A DNA stretch of 64,000 nucleotides from an uncultured virus (IMG/VR IMGVR_UViG_3300013131_000040) (lineage: Duplodnaviria > Heunggongvirae > Uroviricota > Caudoviricetes), in IMG/VR virus record IMGVR_UViG_3300013131_000040. The stretch is one strand, 5' to 3'. The position numbers and the translations under genes were made by a program. This document shows positions 59,603-64,000 of this stretch, one piece after another; positions within the stretch are counted from its first letter, which is position 1, and each line of letters starts with the position of its first letter. Under the pieces are notes generated by a model that saw only the letters and a program-made list of their open reading frames with translations, ran no database searches and was not told the DNA's origin.

Positions 59603-61066
59603 ATGGCTACAAAGAAAAAAGAACAACGTGCAGCCGCCCCTAGTCAGTCGGTGGTAGTGGGACAATCAGCGGTTGACTTCGTCAAGCGCGCCATGAAGCA
59701 CTATGGCGACGAGGTAATCCAAAACCGCGCTCTGCCCCGGCTAGAGGATGGTCTAAAGCCAATCCAGCGCCTGCTGCTCTGGAGCTGCATTGACCTGAAT
59801 ACTGCGAAGTTTATTAAGTCCGCGAAGATTACCGGTCACTGTATCGCCTCCTACTCACCACACGGCGAGGTTGCCGCCTACGGCTCCCTAGTGGGCATGG
59901 TCAACGAGCGCCACCCTCTTATCGAGGGTCAGGGCAACTTTGGCGGAGCAACTACAGAGGCGGCCAGTGCTCGTTATACTGAGAGCCGGGTACATCCTCT
60001 GGCTCGACGCATGATCACCGATCTGCCGGATCTTGCAAGCGTTCCATACGAGAAGAATTACGACGATACAAAGGATCAGCCGCGTTACCTGCCGAGCGTG
60101 CTGCCGATGCTCCTGCTCAACTCAAGCACCGGTATTGCCATGGCGATTACCAGCAAGTTTCCGGGATTTAATATCCTAGAGGTTGCCGCAGCAGTTCTTG
60201 ATTATCTAGCAAAAGGAGATGAGGGCAAGGCTACTAAGCATATTCGGGCGCCAGACGGCTTCGGCTGCAATCTACTTAGCTCCAAGAGTGATGTAGAAGC
60301 CCTGCTGAAAACCGGCATCGGCCAGCTTACTTATGAATGTGCACATCGCCTTGAGAAGAAGGGTGATCGCAAGCTGCTGCTGGTAACTGGCTATGCTCCA
60401 GAGTTTAGCGTATCAGGCTTCCTAAGCAAATGCGCAGAGTTACAGGATGAAGGAGTAATCGAAGCCACTCGTAATGAGACTTCTGGCGCGAATGGTGATC
60501 GGATCGTCATTGAATACAAGGACGACTCGGCTTACGAAAAAATCCGCAAACTTCTACGCAAAAAGGTTAGCTACCGCATGAACTGCCTTTACGAGGAAGG
60601 GGAGTCGCTCGTTCCTCGGGCAGTAGGCGTACCGGACGTAATCCGAGACTGGGTAGCCATCCGTCGTCGGATTGTTTGCGCGACTCTTACCGCCAGTATT
60701 AAGCAGCAGGATGAAGCACTAAAGAGGGAGCGGGCCAAGCTAAAGGCTTGCGACAATCTAGATGCGGTATTTGCCGCGCTTAAGGCTGAAGGCGATTTCC
60801 ACGCCAACCTAAAAGCCCTGGCCGGTCTTGATGATTACGAGGCAAGCATCATCTGCGATATGCGGGTAGAGGCGCTTAAGAAGACGTCAGCTGATGCGGT
60901 GCGAGCCCGGATAACGGGCATGGAAGCAGAGAAGGCTACAACAGTAAGCGATCTGAATAATGTCGATATTTTTATTTCTAAGCAAATCAAAAGCTTTATG
61001 AGCTGGGTAAAGTCGGAATATCCAGATCTTCTTGAGCGCAAGACTATTTGGGCTCCGGCTCAGTGA
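59603..61066 (+). CDS. Type IIA topoisomerase breakage-reunion subunit (GyrA/ParC-like, no CTD)
   Basis: RALP..EDGLKPIQR, KSAK, PHGE, GQGNFG, SARYTE catalytic Tyr. Confidence 0.92.
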   Translation: MATKKKEQRAAAPSQSVVVGQSAVDFVKRAMKHYGDEVIQNRALPRLEDGLKPIQRLLLWSCIDLNTAKFIKSAKITGHCIASYSPHGEVAAYGSLVGMVNERHPLIEGQGNFGGATTEAASARYTESRVHPLARRMITDLPDLASVPYEKNYDDTKDQPRYLPSVLPMLLLNSSTGIAMAITSKFPGFNILEVAAAVLDYLAKGDEGKATKHIRAPDGFGCNLLSSKSDVEALLKTGIGQLTYECAHRLEKKGDRKLLLVTGYAPEFSVSGFLSKCAELQDEGVIEATRNETSGANGDRIVIEYKDDSAYEKIRKLLRKKVSYRMNCLYEEGESLVPRAVGVPDVIRDWVAIRRRIVCATLTASIKQQDEALKRERAKLKACDNLDAVFAALKAEGDFHANLKALAGLDDYEASIICDMRVEALKKTSADAVRARITGMEAEKATTVSDLNNVDIFISKQIKSFMSWVKSEYPDLLERKTIWAPAQ

Positions 61067-61716
61067 CAGGCATTCAAAATACTTTAGGATAGGTAGGACG
61101 ATGAAGATTGTAGATTGGTTCATGGACAAGGACACCGAGACGATTGTATCTGCTCTTAAAGACTTCCCTGTTCATGAGAATATTAACGAGATTGTCGAGT
61201 ACGCCAAAGAGAATCGTATCCTGATCGAAGTGCGCACGAAGGACGATCTTATTGCGCTGCGCCTAGCGCCCGAGCTTGTTCGTCCTGCCTGGTTGAAGGA
61301 AGATATGTTCAAGTTCTCTTTCAAAGGATGTAGGATCATTGCCCACACCCGCGGTGGCGAACAGGCCCTTAAATTCCGTGACTGGGGCTTTTCCCAGAAG
61401 GGTTCTGCGTTTACGTTCACCAAGAAATAAAGCGGCGCTCGATTAATATTTGGCTATTTTTTAGAGGCTCTAATGCGAAAAACACTGCGTCCTATCGATC
61501 CCTCCGAACTGCAAGTAGGCAGGCGCATTAGAATAAAGTGCCCAAGAGTTAACGAAATATTCCGCACCGATTGCGGCCATATAGATGGAGAAGTCGTAGA
61601 GCTTTTCGATGGCGGCGGCAGCATGGGCATGCAAGTAGACATTCGTAATAAAACTCAGTGGTGGCGTTGGATACCGTCAATTGACGGTGGCACCTGCGAA
61701 GAGGAAGAGTAGCAGA

Positions 61717-61750
61717 ACGGGCCGGGGCTAAGGCCGGCCCCCGCCGATCC
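61717..61750 (+). promoter_or_regulatory. Dispersed 34-bp element copy 15 (CTAAG variant)
   Basis: CTAAG 61728-61732, GCCGG, GATCC 61746-61750. Confidence 0.55.
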
Positions 61751-62557
61751 GGTGGAGGCGTAAGCCCGCAGCAAACCACGACTGAATGAAAAGGATTGTA
61801 GATATGAACCACGGTGAGAAGTCAGCAAACGAAGCTCTGTCAGGTGTTATGGCCGAACTCTCAGTAAAGGACGGCCAGCTTCGCGCAGCATTCGTCATTC
61901 GCGATAAGCAGAATCCATACGCTGAACCAACAACCCTCCGGGTAATGTCACTGGCTGATGTCAAATCATTTGTTGACGCAGTTCCAGATCAGGTACACTA
62001 CCTGGCAATTTCAAAAGATGAGTCGCAGAAGGTACTTAAGGTAAGCCTCAGCTCGCGCTCCCAGAAGTACAACGTACACTGTGGTCAAACAAACCACATG
62101 GGATACCTTTTTGATCCAGCGCTCTTTGCTCGCCTAGAGGAAGAAGTCGGCCCAGAGCTGATGCCAGACTTCATCAGCTTTCTGTCTGAGTGACTGCCTC
62201 CTGCGCCTTTGAAGGCGGAGGCGAATACAGAGTAAACATCAGAATAACGAGTGGGTGGAAGAATGATCAGTAGCGCAGAACAACAATTTGTTATCAAGTT
62301 GCAGGACCAGGAGGAGCTAGAGCGTCGCTATGTGCTTGATGTACTAGCTCACAAGCGCATGGAGTCTGTTGAAAAGAACGGCCCAGTCCTGGCTCCAGAC
62401 AAGGTTCTAGAGGCTGTTTCTATCCTCGGTGAGGATTGTCGTCTAGAATTCCGTGATGGTATGTGGAGCATTGATCTGGGCGGTGCTGATACAAAGAAGA
62501 AGGTAAAGATCAAAGCCGAGCAGCAGCATATTGCTCTGGCAAAGGCTATGATCATCT

Positions 62558-63034
62558 ATGTCCGCAAGTACCTTTGATTTTCCAGATCACTGCGGTCCAC
62601 AGCTAGTTCCTGCCTCGGCATGGAACTCAAATCTTCGCGCAGTACTGTCTGCTGCCCGCTGGCGGGATTTTAGGCAGTCAGTATTTGCAAAGCACGGGCA
62701 TGCCTGTGCCTTTTGCGGAGCACGCCCTAAGTCGCTCGATTGCCATGAGATATGGAACTACTCGATAGAGAGCGGCGAGACGACTGGCAGGCAAAGCTTG
62801 GTAAAAGTTTTACCACTGTGCAAGAGCTGTCACATGGTTTGCCACATCGGCTTTTGGTCGCTGCAAGGCAAGTTTGAAGTAGCTCTGGCGCACATGATGC
62901 GTGTGCGTAAGATAGGTCGCACTACTGCTCTTGCAGAGATAACAGCGGCCAATGCAGTATTCGAGCATCTAAGTCGATTCGACTGGATACTCGACATCGA
63001 GTCTGCAAAAGTATATATAGAGCGTGTAGAATGA
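62558..63034 (+). CDS. HNH-like zinc-binding endonuclease
   Basis: CAFCG, LDCHEIW, LCKSCHMVCH. Confidence 0.7.
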   Translation: MSASTFDFPDHCGPQLVPASAWNSNLRAVLSAARWRDFRQSVFAKHGHACAFCGARPKSLDCHEIWNYSIESGETTGRQSLVKVLPLCKSCHMVCHIGFWSLQGKFEVALAHMMRVRKIGRTTALAEITAANAVFEHLSRFDWILDIESAKVYIERVE

Positions 63035-63450
63035 AGCTAGATGATTACCTGCTGAGGCATGATCCTCTGCTAGTGCTATCTCAATCGGGATGCAGCACAG
63101 AGATGCTAGAGCTTGCAAAAGTCGGATTGTCTAGCCGCCGAAGATTTCCTAAATTCCAGATGAGCATAGGCTACGGCTTCTCGCCGTCAGCCAGTCATTG
63201 CAAACACATATATACCTGGTTCCTAGATCCCAAAGGCAGGCCTAAACATGTTATACGACAATCTCGTACGGGCAGTCAGTACTATCTTGGCCTGTGGTTT
63301 TGCAGAAGTTTAATTGACCCTAGCGATCAGTATTTATGCCAAGCGAAAACTATGCCCGGCGTATCGCTCAGGGGAGAGTGGATTTGGCTTTCAGATAAAT
63401 CAAGTGACCTGAACAAAGGAGTAATGAATGCATTCTTCGGAAACAGATGA
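63031..63450 (+). CDS. MKL-family small protein
   Basis: ATGA overlap; MKLDDYLLRHD. Confidence 0.6.
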   Translation: MKLDDYLLRHDPLLVLSQSGCSTEMLELAKVGLSSRRRFPKFQMSIGYGFSPSASHCKHIYTWFLDPKGRPKHVIRQSRTGSQYYLGLWFCRSLIDPSDQYLCQAKTMPGVSLRGEWIWLSDKSSDLNKGVMNAFFGNR

Positions 63451-64000
63451 GAAGTTGCCAGGCTGCTATGCCGTAAAGTACAATGGAGTTGTCTGGGCGG
63501 CCTTTAAAAAGGAAGCTCTGCTTGAGCACTTTCACGATGTGCCAAAGATTGAAGAATCCGCAAAATACTTCGATGCAAATCCAGTATTCGATGAGAGCAA
63601 CCCGATCATCGACCCCCTGCTCCGACTAGATCTAAAAGCGGGCGAAGTGCATCTAAAGTACCTTGTTTGCGACCGCACTGCCTTGGAGTTCCAATTGCGC
63701 CTGGCTGCTGGGAGCGAAGGCTTGTCAGTTCTAGAGTCAGAAATCTGCAATATCCTGGTAGATAAGCAGGAGGCCACAGACCTGCTTAGCAACCTCGTAG
63801 CCGACAAAGAGGCCAAGGAAGCTGAGGATGCGTGGTTTGCGCTCCATGGCGAGCACTCGCAGGAAGCCTATGAAGAGAGCTGGAAAGCTTCGGGCAAGAA
63901 AGTCGGTATCTGCTGATGAAGATGAAAGACTTCCTGTACAACCAGGAACCAGAAGAAACAGTAAAGCTAGCATATGCCGCAGTGAGCGGCATTGCCAGCA

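Noticed and set aside
9..61750. 34-bp repeats as a CRISPR array
   Set aside because: Copies are kilobases apart with whole gene clusters between them, vary internally, and no cas genes are present.
9..61750. 34-bp element as a canonical host sigma28 (FliA/SigD) promoter
   Set aside because: The words CTAAA and CCGAT match, but they are 11 nt apart rather than about 16, roughly half a helical turn off.
9..61750. 34-bp element as an intrinsic terminator or integron attC site
   Set aside because: There is no T-tract, one copy follows a true terminator, the RYYYAAC/GTTRRRY ends are absent, several genes lie between copies, and no integrase is in the window.
337..63450. MKL starts as ordinary Sec signal peptides
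   Set aside because: Most have charged residues immediately after MKL and no hydrophobic h-region or cleavage site; 34755 (MKLLLAALIAC) is the only ambiguous case.
1..64000. tRNA or rRNA genes
   Set aside because: I saw no cloverleaf with a T-loop GTTCRA and matching acceptor stem in the intergenic gaps; a tRNAscan-SE run would be needed to exclude them fully.

Overview
This 64-kb window looks like the early/middle region of a large (jumbo-like) dsDNA bacteriophage. It is densely coding, almost entirely on the + strand, and has no structural genes, rRNA, recognisable tRNA or CRISPR array. Recognisable genes include rIIA/rIIB-like proteins, a two-subunit type IIA topoisomerase, UvsE, an HhH glycosylase, a DRB0094-type RNA ligase, a 2H phosphoesterase, Orn, DHH, Nudix and calcineurin-like phosphoesterases, TrmH, IscA and an M15 peptidase. 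It also carries a large proteostasis set: ClpS, trigger factor, Hsp20, an M16 peptidase, an FtsH-like peptidase domain and two MoxR AAA+ / HExxH-vWA pairs. Two window-wide patterns stand out. First, 34 small, otherwise divergent ORFs begin with Met-Lys-Leu, encoded by varying synonymous codons, and many share an N-terminal two-helix module followed by a variable region. Second, a 34-bp intergenic element (CGGGYCGGGCCTAAASCCGG-N8-GATCC) occurs 15 times plus one deleted copy, always in the same orientation and at gene boundaries, and is most likely a phage-specific promoter. A separate family of three proteins shares an LxxxANExDxxGxxxxADxxD N-terminal module. All family assignments come from motifs recognised by eye; no database searches were run.
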